From NCBI RefSeq assembly GCF_902713615.1, contig NW_024055492.1, positions 186,001 to 250,000 of the forward strand: 64,000 bases of DNA, in the 5' to 3' direction. This DNA comes from Scyliorhinus canicula (lineage: Eukaryota). Made by a program: the position numbers and the translations under genes. Positions 37,000 to 50,289 of the stretch are shown here, one piece after another. Within the stretch, counting starts at the first letter, position 1, and each line of letters begins with the position of its first letter. Under the pieces are notes generated by a model that saw nothing but the letters and a program-made list of their open reading frames with translations, was not told the DNA's origin and searched no databases.

Positions 37000-39900
37000 C
37001 ACTCAGTTGTAGCAAACCGCTACAAAGTCAATACAAAATGGAAAGAAACCAGATGGACTACCCGGCATCGGCCCAGACACAACGGCAAACTGAGCCGTGT
37101 CTACCCTGCAAAGTCCTCCAAAATTAGTCAAGCACCAGCCTGCAATAGTCATGCGGACAGAATCATACCTTATAGATAATGTCCCAGTCACAACCATCAA
37201 CATCATGGGGTATGTCCTGTGTCACTGGCAAGACAAAGCCAGCAGAGATAGCGACACAGTAGTATACAGTCAGGAGGGAGATGCTCTGGGAGTCCTCAAT
37301 ATTGACTCGGCAGGACAGCATGGTGGTGCAGGGTTAGCACTGCTGCCTCACGGCGACGAGATTCCAGGTTCGATCCCGGCTCTGGGTCACTGTCTGTGTG
37401 GAGTTTGCACATTCTCCCTTTGTGTGTGTGGGTTTCGCCCCCACAACCCAAAGATGTGCAGGGTGGGTGGAGTAGCCACGGTAATTGTCCCTTAATTGGA
37501 AAAAAATGAATTGGGCACTCTAAATTTTTTTTTTAAATATTGACTCTGGACCGCATTCAATCTCATGGTCAAACATGGTCACGGAAATATCCTGCTGATT
37601 ATGTCCATTACCAAGAGTGGCTGGGTAACATCATTACTGACCGAGCTGGCTGGGTACTCATGGATATAACTGCTAAACTGGGTCTGTGACAGGTCGCGAG
37701 GAAACCAAAAATAAGGAAACACATACTAGTCCTGTTGCCTGGTATGGAGGGTAGATCATATGAGGAAAGGCTGAAGGACTTGAGGCTGTTTTCGTTAGAG
37801 AGAAGAAGGTTAAGAGGGGACTTAATTGAGGCATACAAGATGATCAGAGGATTAAATAGGGTGGACATCGAGAGCCTTATTCCTCGGATGGTGATGTCCA
37901 GCACGAGGGGACATAGCTTTAAATTGAGGGGAGATAGATATAGGACAGATGTCAAAGGTAGGTTCTTTACTCAGAGAGTAGTAAAGGCGTGGAATGCCCT
38001 GCCTGCAACAGTAGTGGACTCGCCAACACTAAACGCATTCAAATGGTCATTGGATAGGCATATGGACGATAAGGGAATAGTGCAGATGGACGTTAGAAAG
38101 GTATCACAGGACGGTGCAACATCGTGGGCCGAAGGGCCTGTACTGCGCTGTAATGTTCTATGTTCTATGTTCATCCTCACCAAAGTGCTGCAGCGGATGC
38201 ATTTGGCTATGACAGTATTGGCATGAATGACCAGCGCACAGTCCTTGTGGAGATGAGGTCTGGGCTTCAAATTGAGGATACCGTCCACCATGTTGTTTGG
38301 TAATACCATCGAGTCAAATGAGATAGATTCATAACCTGATCTAGCAACTCAAGACATGGCACCATTGAGGCGTTGTGGTCCATCATCAGCAGCAGAATTG
38401 TACTCAGCCATAATCTGTAACCTCTCAGGACCAGCCATAACCCCCTCTCTACCATTATCACCAAACTAGGGGATCAATCCTGGTTCAATGACGGGTGCAA
38501 GAGGAAATGCCAGAAAGGTGAGATGTCAACCGGGTGAAGCTACAGCACGGGACTATTTGCATGCCAAACAACATAAACAACAAGTGGTGGGATGAGCTAA
38601 GCAATCCCAAAGCCATCGGATCAGATCTCAGCTCCACAGTCCTGCCACATCCAGCCGTGAATGGTGGTGGACAACTAAACAACTCACTGCTGGAGAAGGC
38701 TCCACAAACATCGCCATCCTCAATGGTGAAGGAACCCAGCACATTTGTGAAAAAGACAATAATCTTTAACCAGAAGTGCTGATTGGATGATCCATCTCGA
38801 TCTCCTGCAAAGGTCCAAGCATCCCAGATGTCAGTCTTCAGCCAATAGGATTCACTCCACGTGTAGCAAGAGCAGGCTGACAGCACTGATAGTGCAACGG
38901 CTATGGGCCCTGACAATATTCCGGCAAAGTACTGAAGACTTCTAATCGAGAACTTACCACACGCCTGACCAAGCTGTTCCGGTGCAGCTGCAATACTGGC
39001 ATCTCCCTGGCAATGTGGAAAATTGTCGAATTAGCTCCCTTTCACAAAAAAGGACAGATCCTACATAACAAATTACCCGCCCAATGAGTCCACTTTCAAT
39101 TATCAGTAACGTGTTATAAGGGGTCCTCAATTCTTCTATAAAGCGGCACATATTTAGCAATAGCGTGCTCACTGACACCAGTTTGGGTTCGGCCAGGGCC
39201 AATCAGCTCCAGACCTACAGCCTTGCTTTAAACATGGATAAACGAGAACTTCGGAGGTGAGGTGAGAGTGACTGCCCTTGACATCAAAGCAGCATGTGAT
39301 CGGGTATGGCGTCATGGAGCCCTAGCCAAACTGAAGTCCATGGTGGGGTGGGGGGGGATCGGGGGGGGGGGGGGGGGGGGAGAGGCATCCACAAGCCGGA
39401 GTAATACCTAGCACAAAGGAAGACTATTGATGATTGTGTTTGTTGGAGGTCAGTCATCTCAGCTCCAGGGCATCACTGCAGGAGTAACTCAGGGTTGTGT
39501 CCCAGGCCCAACTATATTCAGCTGCTTCATCAGTGACCTCCTGTCCAACATACGATCAGATGTGGGGATGTTCGCTGATGATTGCACAATGTTCAGCATC
39601 ATTCCTGAATCCTCAGACACTGAAACAGTGCGCGTGCAAAAGCAGCAAGACCCAGACATCCACGATAAGGCTAACACGTGGCAAGTAATATTCAAGCGCC
39701 ACAAAATTTCCAGGCAATTACCATTTCAAATAAGAGAGATTCAAATCGCTCCCCGTTGCGATTCAATAACATTGCCATCACTAAATCCCCACTATCAAAA
39801 TCCTAGGCGTTACCATTGACTGGAAACTGAACTGGACTAGCCATCTAAATACTGTGGCTACAGGAGCAGGTCAGAGGCTCGGTAACCTGGGGCGAGTAAC

Positions 39901-40470
39901 TCACCTTCTGACTACCCAAAGCCTGTCCAACATCTACTGAGCACAACTGAGGAGTGTGATAGAGTACTTCCACCTGCCTGGATTTGTGCAGCTCCAACAA
40001 CACTCAAGACGTGCGCAACACTATCCAGGGCAAAACAGCCGCTTGATTGGCAGGCCCTTTACAAACATTCACTCCCTCCACTACTGATGCACAGTAGCAG
40101 CAATGTGTACCAACTGCAAGATGCACTGCAGGAACTTACCAAGTCTCTTTTGGCAACACCTTCCAAACTCACGACCACTGCAATATGGAAGGACAAGAGC
40201 AGCAGATATCTGGGACCCCCCCCCCCCCCCCACTTAGACGTTTCCCTCCAAGTCACCCGCTATCCTGATTTGCAAATCTATTGCTGTTCCTTCACTGTCG
40301 CTGGGTCAAAATCCTGGAACACTCTCCCCAATACCACAGTGGGCGTGACTACATCGCATTGACTGCAGTGGTTAAAGAAGGCAGCTCATTGCCACCTTGC
40401 CAAGGGCAATTAGGCAGGGGCAACAAATGCTCCCCGAGCCGGCGAATCCCACATTCCATAAAATATATTT
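37000..40470 (+). mobile_element. Decayed CR1/L2-type LINE (family B) with nested HE1 SINE (~37308-37535) and CR1 3' end (~37730-38170)
   Basis: Endonuclease-like MRTESYL…; RT motifs GVTQGCVPGPTIFSCFISDL…GMFADDCTMF; family B tail at ~40140-40460. Confidence 0.8.
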
Positions 40471-42254
40471 TTTAAAAGCCATACCTTTGGTTTGGAGTAA
40501 CACACAGCCTCGGCAGGTATGGCAGGCAGATTTCCTCCCATAAAGTACACGAACGAACCAGGTAGATTTCCACCGACAGTTTCCGGGTGCCATTAATTAC
40601 ACTAGCTTTTCATATTAATTGAATTTACATTTATCTCGCTCCCATGGCAGGGTTTGCAACACTTTCCCCAAGCCATTAATATGGATGCCTGAATTACTTT
40701 TCCAGTGATATTTCCAGTGACACCACCACCACCCCATGGGGTGATGAATGAGAAGAGGGTGTTATTGATGCTTACTTTCCCGTCTATGTTGCGTTCGAAA
40801 TAACTACAAACGAAAACTATAACTATTTATTCCTGAATGGTCCTTTGAAGAAGTCAGCAATGTCAAAATTAACTGCACAATGAAAACATTATATCCTGAT
40901 GTGTTCTTGTGTTATGCCATCATTTAGGGCAGTACCCACAGTACATGTCTGTATTATTTCAGGAATAATAAGCAGGAAACTAGACTTCACTGACTTTCTT
41001 GCGCCTTTAATAAAACCAACATAGCAATGTTTTGGGCAGCCAATTCACCGATATGTACGGACAAATGTAAGAACAAAGAGTTCCAATCGAGCACTCTGCT
41101 CTCGAATCTGTCCTGACGTTCAGTCAGACCAGAGCTGATCTGATCTTTGTCTTTACTCCACATTTCCGCCTGATCCCTATGACACATTGACACCCATTAT
41201 AATTCAAAGACCTGTAGAACTCCGCCGTAAAATTATTCAATGACCCGGCCTCCAGTGTTCTCTGGGAAAGAGAATCCCAAAGTTTAATGTCCCTCTGAGA
41301 AAACGAATTCCTTCCATCTCCAGCATTATTGGGAGACTTCATATTGTAAGCTGCATCCCCTGGTTATAGATTCCCCGCAAAAGGGGAAACATCCTTCCAG
41401 CATCTATCCTGTCAAATCTCTCAGAATCTACTGTGTTTCACTATGATTAACTTTAATTCTTCAAACTCCAATATGTATAGGTCCCGCTGCTCAACCTGTC
41501 CTCATAAGACAAACTCCTTCATCCCAGGTATTAATCCGGTGAACGGTCTCTGAATTTTGCTCAATACCAACTTCATTTTCAGAATTTCCTCGCAGGTCGT
41601 GTTCTTGAGGAATAAGTAGTGTCCAGTGATTGTATCAACCGAGGCAATATTGCAACCCAATCAGCGCTGCCTCTCTTACCTCCACCTGTTTAACATATTG
41701 TAACTCGCACCAGGGTGATCACAATGTCTTCCATTAACATGTGAATCTTTTCATTTGGTGTTGTTGGTTAACTGAGAGTGAGGGGAATCTCACTGGTGTC
41801 ACAGGTATTAACGGTAGGACAGGAAAGCAGAACATTAGCTGCTAATACACCCAATCTCTCATCAGTCCTTGCTCATATAAAAGCAAAATACTGTGGATGG
41901 GAGAAGTCTGAAATAAAAACACAAAATGCTGGATAACCTCAGCAGGTCTGGTCCATATGATTCTTCTTCAGAACAATCTTTGCTCATCGGTTACAATAAC
42001 CAGATGAAGCTTCCATCCACTCGCCGTTCCTAAAGCGGAACAATTTGTCCTATAAGGAACCGACTGGTGCACAGGTTGGTGAGCTTCCATTCAGTGACAG
42101 CCAGTTCAGCATCAACCAATCACACGGTGCCACTGGCGAAATACGGAACTGACGTCTGAGCATTCTGAAATACGTCATCAGATTATTGAGGGTGGGGATG
42201 AGGACGGACGGTTTCAGATATCCGATTCCCCCTTTTACAGAGCGGTCAGCGGCA

Positions 42255-42713
42255 ATGCGGCTCCTCAGCATCTGGGTTGTGTGGGGAGCATTTCTAACAG
42301 GTATTTGTGGATACATCATATTTTCTTTCATTTCTAAAACATGGGTCGGATCTGAATTTTGAGCACATGTCCGTCTGATCTTTAATTGTTTGAACATGTT
42401 TTGCAGATCAGAGTCATGGAGATTCTGTCTCTCAGCCGCTGTCCTCAAATGTTCAGACGGAAGGAAAAGCGGTGACTTTGAACTGTACCTATGATACTGC
42501 AGAAAACAGCTATTATTTATTCTGGTACCGCCAACATCCAGACTCACAGCCCGAGTATATACTGAGGAAGCACTCGGGGGGTTATGAAGATAAAGCAGAC
42601 TTTGCTAAAGTCCGTTTCTCAACTGACCTCCAGACCTCGAAGAAATTCCTCAGTTTGACTATCGGGGATCTGCAGCTGAGTGATGCTGCCGTGTACTACT
42701 GCGCTTTCAGCCT
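42255..42713 (+). CDS. TRAV/DV: T-cell receptor alpha/delta variable segment V2 (germline, open frame)
   Basis: Leader exon 42255-42300 (MRLLSIWVVWGAFLT+G), 106-bp GT-AG intron, V exon 42407-42713: DQSHGDSVSQPLSSNVQTEGKAVTLNCTYDTAENSYYLFWYRQHPDSQPEYILRKHSGGYEDKADFAKVRFSTDLQTSKKFLSLTIGDLQLSDAAVYYCAFS. Confidence 0.94.
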
Positions 42714-42752
42714 CACAGTGATGCAAAGCAGCCTCACCCCTGTACAAAACCT
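42714..42752 (+). promoter_or_regulatory. 23-RSS of V2
   Basis: CACAGTG (42714-42720), 23-bp spacer, ACAAAACCT (42744-42752). Confidence 0.93.
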
Positions 42753-43112
42753 GTTTTTACATTGTAAGTGAGAGCTCCTCTTCGTGTGTAGAATCTAGAG
42801 CAGACGCAGCCACACTTATCACCGGCGCTGTCAGGCGCTCAAACTCAAATCGATGGCAGAACCCACATTAACCTCGAATCAAACTGTCACAAATATGTTT
42901 CCAGCAGCGGCCGACAAAACAAACTAGAGAATAGAATTAGGCGGAGAAATCCGTCACAGAATCAATGAGACAGTTGAACTGTTCTACCTACTGATCAACT
43001 CAGACTTCTTTTAAAATCAGGGCTCTATTTTACGATTTTCCCGAGAAAGTGGTTGTTCACACGAAATATCCCTCAAATGTGGGCCACAAGCGTCAGACAT
43101 ACAACAAAAGGA

Positions 43113-44840
43113 CGTTCGCCATGTTTGTGCGACGTACAGTCTGCCATCTTTGTGTGAAGAACAGTCTAACACGTTTCTGTGATGTGCAGTCTGCCATTTA
43201 TGTGTGATGTACAGTCTGACATGTTTGTGTGATGTACAGTCTGACATGTTTGTGTGATGTACAATCTGCCACATTTGTGTGATGCAGTCTGACATGTTTG
43301 TGTGATGTACAGCCTGCCGCATTTGTGTGATGTACAGTCTGACATGTTTGTGTGATGTACAGTCTGCCACATTTGTGTGATGTACAGTCTGACATGTTTG
43401 TGTGATGTACAGTCTGCCACATTTGTGTGATGTACAGTCTGACATGTTTGTGTGATGTACGGTCTGCCATGTTTGTGTGATGTACAGTCTGCCACGTTTG
43501 TGTGATGTACAGTATAACACGTTTCTGTGATGTACAGTCTGCCACGTTTGTGTGATGTACAGTCAGCCATGTTTGTGTGATGTACAGTCTGCCATGTTTG
43601 TGTGAGGTACAGTCTGCCATGTTTGTGTGATGTACAGTCTGCCACGTTTGTGTGATATACAGTCTGCCACGTTTGTGTGATGTACAGTCTGCCACGTTTG
43701 TGTGATGTACAGTCTGCCATGTTTGTGTGATTATACTGTCTGCCATGTTTGTGTGATATACAGTCTGCCACGTTTGTGTGATGTACAGTCTGCCATGTTT
43801 GTGTGATGTACAGTCTAACACGTTTCTGTGATGCACAGTCTGGCATGTTTGTGTGATGTACAGTCTGCATTGTTTGCGTGATGTACAGTCTGCCATGTTT
43901 GTGTGATGTAGAGTCAGCCATGTTTGTGTGATGTACAGTCTACCATGTTTGTATGATATACTGTCTGCCATGTTTGTGTGATGTAGTCTGCCATGTTTGT
44001 GTGATGTACAGTCTGCCATGTTTGTGTGATGTAGTCTGCCATGTTTGTGTGATGTACAGTCAGCCAGGTTTATATGATGTACAGCCTCCCATTTTTGTGT
44101 GTTGTACAGTCAGCCAGGTTTGTGTGATATACAGTCTGCCATGTTTGCGTGATGTACAGTCTGCCATGTTTGTGTGATGTAGAGTCAGCCATGTTTGCGT
44201 GATGTACAGTCTGCCATGTTTGTGTGATGTAGAGTCAGCCATGTTTGTGTGATGTACAGTCTACCATGTTTGTATGATGTACTGTCTGCCATGTTTGTGT
44301 GATGTAGTCTGCCATGTTTGTATGATGTACAGTCTGCCATGTTTGTGTGATGTAGTCTGCCATGTTTGTGTGATGTACAGTCAGCCAGGTTTATATGATG
44401 TACAGCCTCCCATTTTTGTGTGATGTGCAGTCAGCCAGGTTTGTGTGATATACAGTCTGCCATGTTTGCGTGATGTACAGTCTGCCATGTATTTGTGATG
44501 TACAGTCTACCATGTTTGTATGATATACTGTCTGCCACGTTTGTGTGATGTGCAGTATAACACGTTTCTGTGCTGTACAGTCTGCCATGTTTGTGTGATT
44601 ATACTGTCTGCCATGCTTGTGTGATGTACAGTCTGCCATGTTTGTGTGATGTACAGTCTGCCATGTTTGTGTGATGTACAGTCTGCCATGTTTGTGTGAT
44701 GTACAGTCTGCCATGTTTGTGTGATGTACAGCCTCCCATTTTTGTGTGATGTACAGCCTCCCATTTTTGTGTGATGTACAGTCAGCCAGATTTGTGTGAT
44801 GTACAGACTGCCATGTGTGTGCGACGTGCAGTCGGCCATA
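43113..44840. repeat. 25-bp minisatellite, about 70 units
   Basis: Unit atgtacagtctgccatgtttgtgtg with 23-bp variants and an internal ~321-bp higher-order duplication (44061 vs 44382). Confidence 0.97.
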
Positions 44841-44861
44841 CTTGATAGACATACAATTCGA

Positions 44862-45218
44862 CATAGAACATAGAACAGTACAGCACAGAACAGGCCCTTC
44901 GGCCCTCAATGTTGTGCCGAGCCATGATCACCCCACTCAAACCCACATATCCTCCCTATACCCGTAACCCAACAACCCCCCCCCCCCCCCGCCTTAACCT
45001 TACTTTTATTAGGACACTACGGGCAATTTAGCATGGCCAATCTACCTAACCCGCACATCTTTGGACTGTGGGAGGAAACCGGAGCACCCGGAGGAAACCC
45101 ACACACACACGGGGAGGACGTGCAGACTCCACACAGACAGTGACCCAGCCGGGAATCGAACCTGGGACCCTGGAGCTGTGAAGCATTTATGCTAACCACC
45201 ATGCTACCGTGCTGCCCC
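44862..45218 (-). mobile_element. HE1-like SINE, full length, young
   Basis: Near-identical to 769-1109. Confidence 0.9.
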
Positions 45219-45239
45219 AAAGTTGAGAGAAGCCAAACA

Positions 45240-47990
45240 TTGCTGTTTGGTTGAGAAGAAGGTGAATTTTCAATCAGCTTTAAACAAAGGTTCTACTTGT
45301 AGCTACTTGCAGCTGGAGCTTGTTAATTAGTTCATTGGATTAGGTCAGTTTTCAGAGGCTCGAGTCACAGAATAAATCTGAGCTAGTTACAGTGCAGACG
45401 AGTGCTGAATTTGGGTGCATTTGAGTGATCTCATGAGAGTTTGATAACTAAGGGAGTTAGGTGAGGAGGGGGTCAGCTGCTCCTTTCATTTAATTTCCTA
45501 CATTTCCTCAGAACGTTAAGGGAGCCCGGAGTTTACAGTTGGTCCACAGTGCAGCTGTATTCTGTAAGGTAAGAGGGGATGGAGGCTAGGGCAGTTGCAT
45601 GCTCCCCCTGTAGGATGTGGGTGGTGAGGGATACCACCGGTGTCCCCGATGACTATACCTGCGGGAAGTGCACCCAACTTCAGCTCCTCAGACGCTGTGT
45701 TAGGGAACTGGAGCTGGAGCTGGATGAACATCGGATCATCTGGGGTGTCTAGGGGGTAATAGAGAAGAGTTACAGGGATGTAGCCACACCCAAGGTACAG
45801 GATAAGAGTAGCTGGGTTACAGTCAGGGGAAAGGAAACAAACGGGCAGACAGTGCAGGGATCCCTCGTGGCTGTTCCCCTTCAAATCAAGTATAACGTTT
45901 TGGATGCTGTTTGGGGTGGATGACCTACCGGGGGAAGGCCCTAGCGGCCAGGTCTCTGGCACTGAGTCTGGCTCAGGGGCTCAGAAGGGAAGGTGGGAGA
46001 ATACAAAAGCAATAGTGACTGGAGACTCAATGGGTAGGGGAACAGGAGATTCTGCGGTCGCGAGCGAGACTCCCGGAAGGTATGTTGCCTCCCGGGTGCC
46101 AGGGCCAGGGATGTTTCGGATCGTGTCTTCAGGATCCTTAAGGGGGAGGGGGAGCAGCCAGACCGCGTGGTGCAAATTGGTATCAACGACGGAGGTAGGA
46201 AAAGGGGTGTGAAGGTAATAAACGAGTTTAGGGAGTTAGGCTGGAAGTTAAAAGCCAGGACAAACAGAGTTGACATCTCTGGTTTGTTGCTGGTGCCACG
46301 TGATAGCGAGGCTAGGAATAGGGAGAGAGTGCAGTTGAACACGTGGCTGCAGGAATGGTGGAGGTGGGAGGGCTTCAGATACTTTGATAATTGGAGCGCA
46401 TTCTGGGGAAGGTGGGATCTGTACAAGCAGGAGGGGTTGCATCAGAACCAGAGGGGTACCAATATCCTGGGACGGAGGTTTTCTAGCACTCTTCTGGAGG
46501 GTTTAAACTAATTTGGCAGGGGAATGGGAACTGTCGTCCAGCATCTAAGGTAGCCGATGTTCAGGATGTCAAAGCGTGTAGTGACGCAGTGGGGAAGGTA
46601 ACACTGACAAAGGAGAGTACTTTCAGGCACGGAGATGAGTTGAAGCGTGTATACTTCAACTCAAGAAGCATCAGGAATAAGGTGGGTGTACTTAAGGCAT
46701 GGGTCGGTACTTGGGACTACGGTGTGGTGGCCATCACGGAAACCTGGATAGATGAGGGGCAGAAATGGTTGGTGAAGGTTCCAGGTTATTGATGTTTCAA
46801 TAAGATTAGGGAGGATGGTAACAGAGGTGGGGGGTTGCATTGTTAATTAGAGATAGTATAAAAGCTGCAGAAAGGCAGTTTGAGGAGGATCTGCCTACTG
46901 AGGTAGTATGGGTAGAAGTCAGAAATAGGAAAAGAGCAGTCACCTTGTTCAGAGAGTGGTGGTGGATGGCAAATATTCAGCCTCAAGTCTAGTTACCAGT
47001 GGCGTACTGCAGGGATCAGTTCTGGGCCCTCTGCTGCTTCTGATTTTCATTAATGACTTGGATGAGGGAGTTGAAGGGTGGGTCAATAAATTTGCAGACG
47101 ATACGTAGATTGGTGGAGTTCTGGATAGTGAGGAGTGCTGTTGTTGGCTGCAAAGAGACATAGATAGGATGCAGAGCAGGGCTGAGAAGTGGCAGACGGA
47201 GTTTAACCCTGAAAAGTGTGAGGTTGTCCATTTTGGAAGGACAAATCTGAATGCGGAATACAGGGTTAATGGAAGGGTTCTTAGCAAAGTGGAGGAGCAG
47301 AGAGATCTTGGGGTCTATGTTCATAGATATTTGAAAGTTGCCACTCAAGTGGGTAGAGCTGTGAAGAAGGCCTATGTTGTGCTAGCGTTCATTAGCAGAG
47401 GGATTGAATTTAAGAGCCGTGAGGTGATGATGCAGCTGTACAAAACCTTGGTAAGGCCACATCTGGAGTACTCTGAGTAGTTCTGGTCGCCTCATTTTAG
47501 GAAGGTCGTGGAAGCCTTGGAAAAGGTGCAAAGGAGATTTACCAGGATGTTGCCTGGAATGGAGAGTAGGTCTTACGAGGAAAAGTTGAGGATGCTAGAC
47601 CTTTTCTCATTAGAACGGAGAAGGATGAGGGACGACCTGATAGAGGTTTATAAGGTGATCAGGGGAAGAGATAGAGTAGACAGGCAGAGACTTTTTCCCG
47701 GGTGGAACAAACCATTACATGGGGACATAAACTTAAGGTGAATGGTGGAAGGTTTTGGGGGGGATGTCAGATGTAGGTTATTTACCCAGAGAGTAGTGGG
47801 GGCATGGAATGCACTGGCTGTGGAAGTAGTTGAGTCAGAAACATTAGGGACCTTCAAGCGGCTATTGGATAGGTTCATGCAATAGACTGATGGGGTGTAG
47901 ATTAATTTGTTCGTAATCCAGGAGCTAAAGTTTGGCACAACATTGTGGGCCGAAGGGCCTGTTCTGTGCTGGTATTTTTCTGTGTTCTAT
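45240..47990 (+). mobile_element. CR1-type LINE with ORF1 (zinc finger + esterase/SGNH-like) and internally deleted ORF2
   Basis: ORF1 45579-46511 (frameshifted): MEARAVACSPC…CGKC…GDSMGRG…LPGA…QIGIND. Endonuclease start VYFNSRSIRNK…ITETWI joins directly at ~46948 to [12 protein letters not shown]…KFADD, then the 3' UTR. Confidence 0.9.
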
Positions 47991-48239
47991 GATCTATGTC
48001 TTTGCAATGGGTACAGGAAATTATTGTACCCTCTGTTACTTAGTGTTCTGTGCAGAGGCAAATGGTGGGGATGCCGAGGATGAGCAGTGTTTCAGTCCGA
48101 TTTCCCTGGGCCACCGAACACAATACAGAATTAAGCGCGAACTGTGTCGTTGAATAGACTAAATTTTTGCACTCTTTCCTGTTTATACCAAGGTGGTCAA
48201 AACAGGTGGTCGTTCACACCATCTGAGCCAATTTCCGAA

Positions 48240-48461
48240 ATTTTAAAAATAAATTCAGAATGCCCAATTATTTTTTCCAATTAAGGGGCAATTTAGCGTG
48301 GCCTCTCCACCTAACCTGCACATCTTTGAGCTGTGAGATGAAATCCAGGCAGACACGGGGAGAATGTGCAACTCCACACAAACAGTGACCCGGGGCCGGG
48401 ATCGAATCCGGGTCCTCAGCGGCGAAGGCATCAGTGCCAACCATTGCACCACCATGCCGCC
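48240..48461 (-). mobile_element. HE1-like SINE
   Basis: Minus strand head ggcggcatggtggtgcaatggttggcact, with V-SINE core. Confidence 0.8.
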
Positions 48462-50289
48462 TGCCAATCCAAATTCTAATTGTTCAATAAATGTATTAAA
48501 TTCAAAATACCAAATTTGCGCGAATTAAGCTCATTGGGATTTAAGTGATAAAAATATAGGTGAATGACACAATACTAATCATGAATCTTAAGTGGAAATT
48601 ATTTAGCTTTGGCAATTTATGTTGAAATCTGTGTCAAAGTTCATTGGTTGCTGCAAGAGGCATTAGAAAGACAATCTGCCGGTGCACCGGGGAAACCACT
48701 GAATTTTAAAATTACCCTGGCTGTTGTACCAAAAGTTCGATTATTATTCACAAGTGTATTTATTCGGATAATTAGATAAATCGTATACTGAGTGAGACAT
48801 GCTGACAAAGGCAAAGAGAAAAAGAGGAAAATCCAAAAAGTAATTGTTTAGAGCTCTCACTGATTGGTACCAAAATGTCGACAGCAACAACAAATCAGCC
48901 AACGCTGTCCCTGAGGAAGGTCCCCCGGTTTCTCAATAAGTGAAGTGAAGCCTGATCCTGATGCGAGCTACATTTTAATTTCATACGAGAACGATTAGCA
49001 TATTTAGAATATTCTATTATTTTCTGCCGAACTGTCAACCAGACACAACATACTCCCCATGTCCCTTATTGGTACTATTGGTCTTGCTGTGTAGTGAGTC
49101 TATGTTGAAACAGTTAGTGTGCCATCTAGATCTTATATCTACTCTCTCCATTCAATACACTGAACGATTCTGCGCTTGTGTTACAGGAACGGGGCTCGAG
49201 GAGGGGGAAAGAACCAAGGGAGTTCTGTATCCCAGAATTAACCTGAATTAACGGTTCGTGATGGACAGAGGATAACCATTGACTGTCATTTCTCGACAAC
49301 CTACAGGAACTCAGATCTGTTCTTGTACATCGAATATACTGGGGGAATTTCGAATTTTACTGAATATTGATATCGGTCGTGGGTCACACGTAACTCTGCA
49401 GATTTCCAAAACAGGTTAAGTGCTAGAATGGGGCCCGTATAGGGTGGATACGTGGGTTTGAGTAGGGTGATCATTGCTCGGCACAACATCGAGGGCCGAA
49501 GGGCCTGTTCTGTGCTGTACTGTTCTATGTTCTATGTTCAACTTGTCAAAAAATGATAAAAATTCTCACCCGGTTGCTGTAACCAATGCTTATACAGTTG
49601 GCATGTGGTCTGCTGGTGCAAATTCTAATTTCAGGGAACACCACTGAGCTGAGCACATGGCAACTGTACAATCAGCTGTTACGGGAAGCAATTAAACATT
49701 TCTCAGTCTCTCCATGTCTGTCAGTGAATGGCTCTGTAATGCAACAGACACAGGATGAATCTGCACGCAGGTTACGGCATCAATCATTGGCAAAGCTGCT
49801 GCTGTTGACTGAGTGGGCTTGGAATGAATACGGTGAGCCTCCTGTAATACACCAGAGGTGAGAGGGCGAGAAGGCTATGAGCAGCTTTACATCCACCTGC
49901 AAGTTTATTTTACCATGTCATCTGAACGACGATGCCTCCAATGGTTAATTTTGTGCTCATGTCTATAGACTGGAGTATAACCCCATGACCTGCTAATTCT
50001 GAAGTAAAAGTGCTACCTACTGAGTCACAGCTGACTGGAGGGCCATTGTTATCTTTGCTGGGAGAGAAGAAATACTGATGCCGTTGACCCACAGTAAAGA
50101 TTGCTGTAACAAGTACAGAAGCAGAGTAAAGTGTAATTAATAAAAGCAAATATCGTGAATTCTGGAAGTCTGAAATAAAAACAGAAAGCTGGAAATACTT
50201 AGCAGGTCTGACAGCATCTGTGGAGGGAGAAACTGATAACATTTCACATTGAATACGACTTTTCTTCAGAAATGAAGGAAGGTAAAAAT

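Noticed and set aside
39345-39385. Long G-run that could form a G-quadruplex; also a C-run at ~21503-21519.
   Set aside because: Homopolymers inside decayed repeats have unreliable length in assemblies and no functional context.
43017-44909. Long His/Thr/Cys-rich ORFs of 167-273 aa on the minus strand.
   Set aside because: They are translations of the 25-bp minisatellite in shifting frames.
50140-50275. Minus-strand CTGAAGA…GAAA remnant of another hammerhead-type repeat; similar scraps at ~41880-41975 and ~61570-61600.
   Set aside because: Stem II is unpaired or the GAAA half is missing, so these are not supportable as ribozymes.
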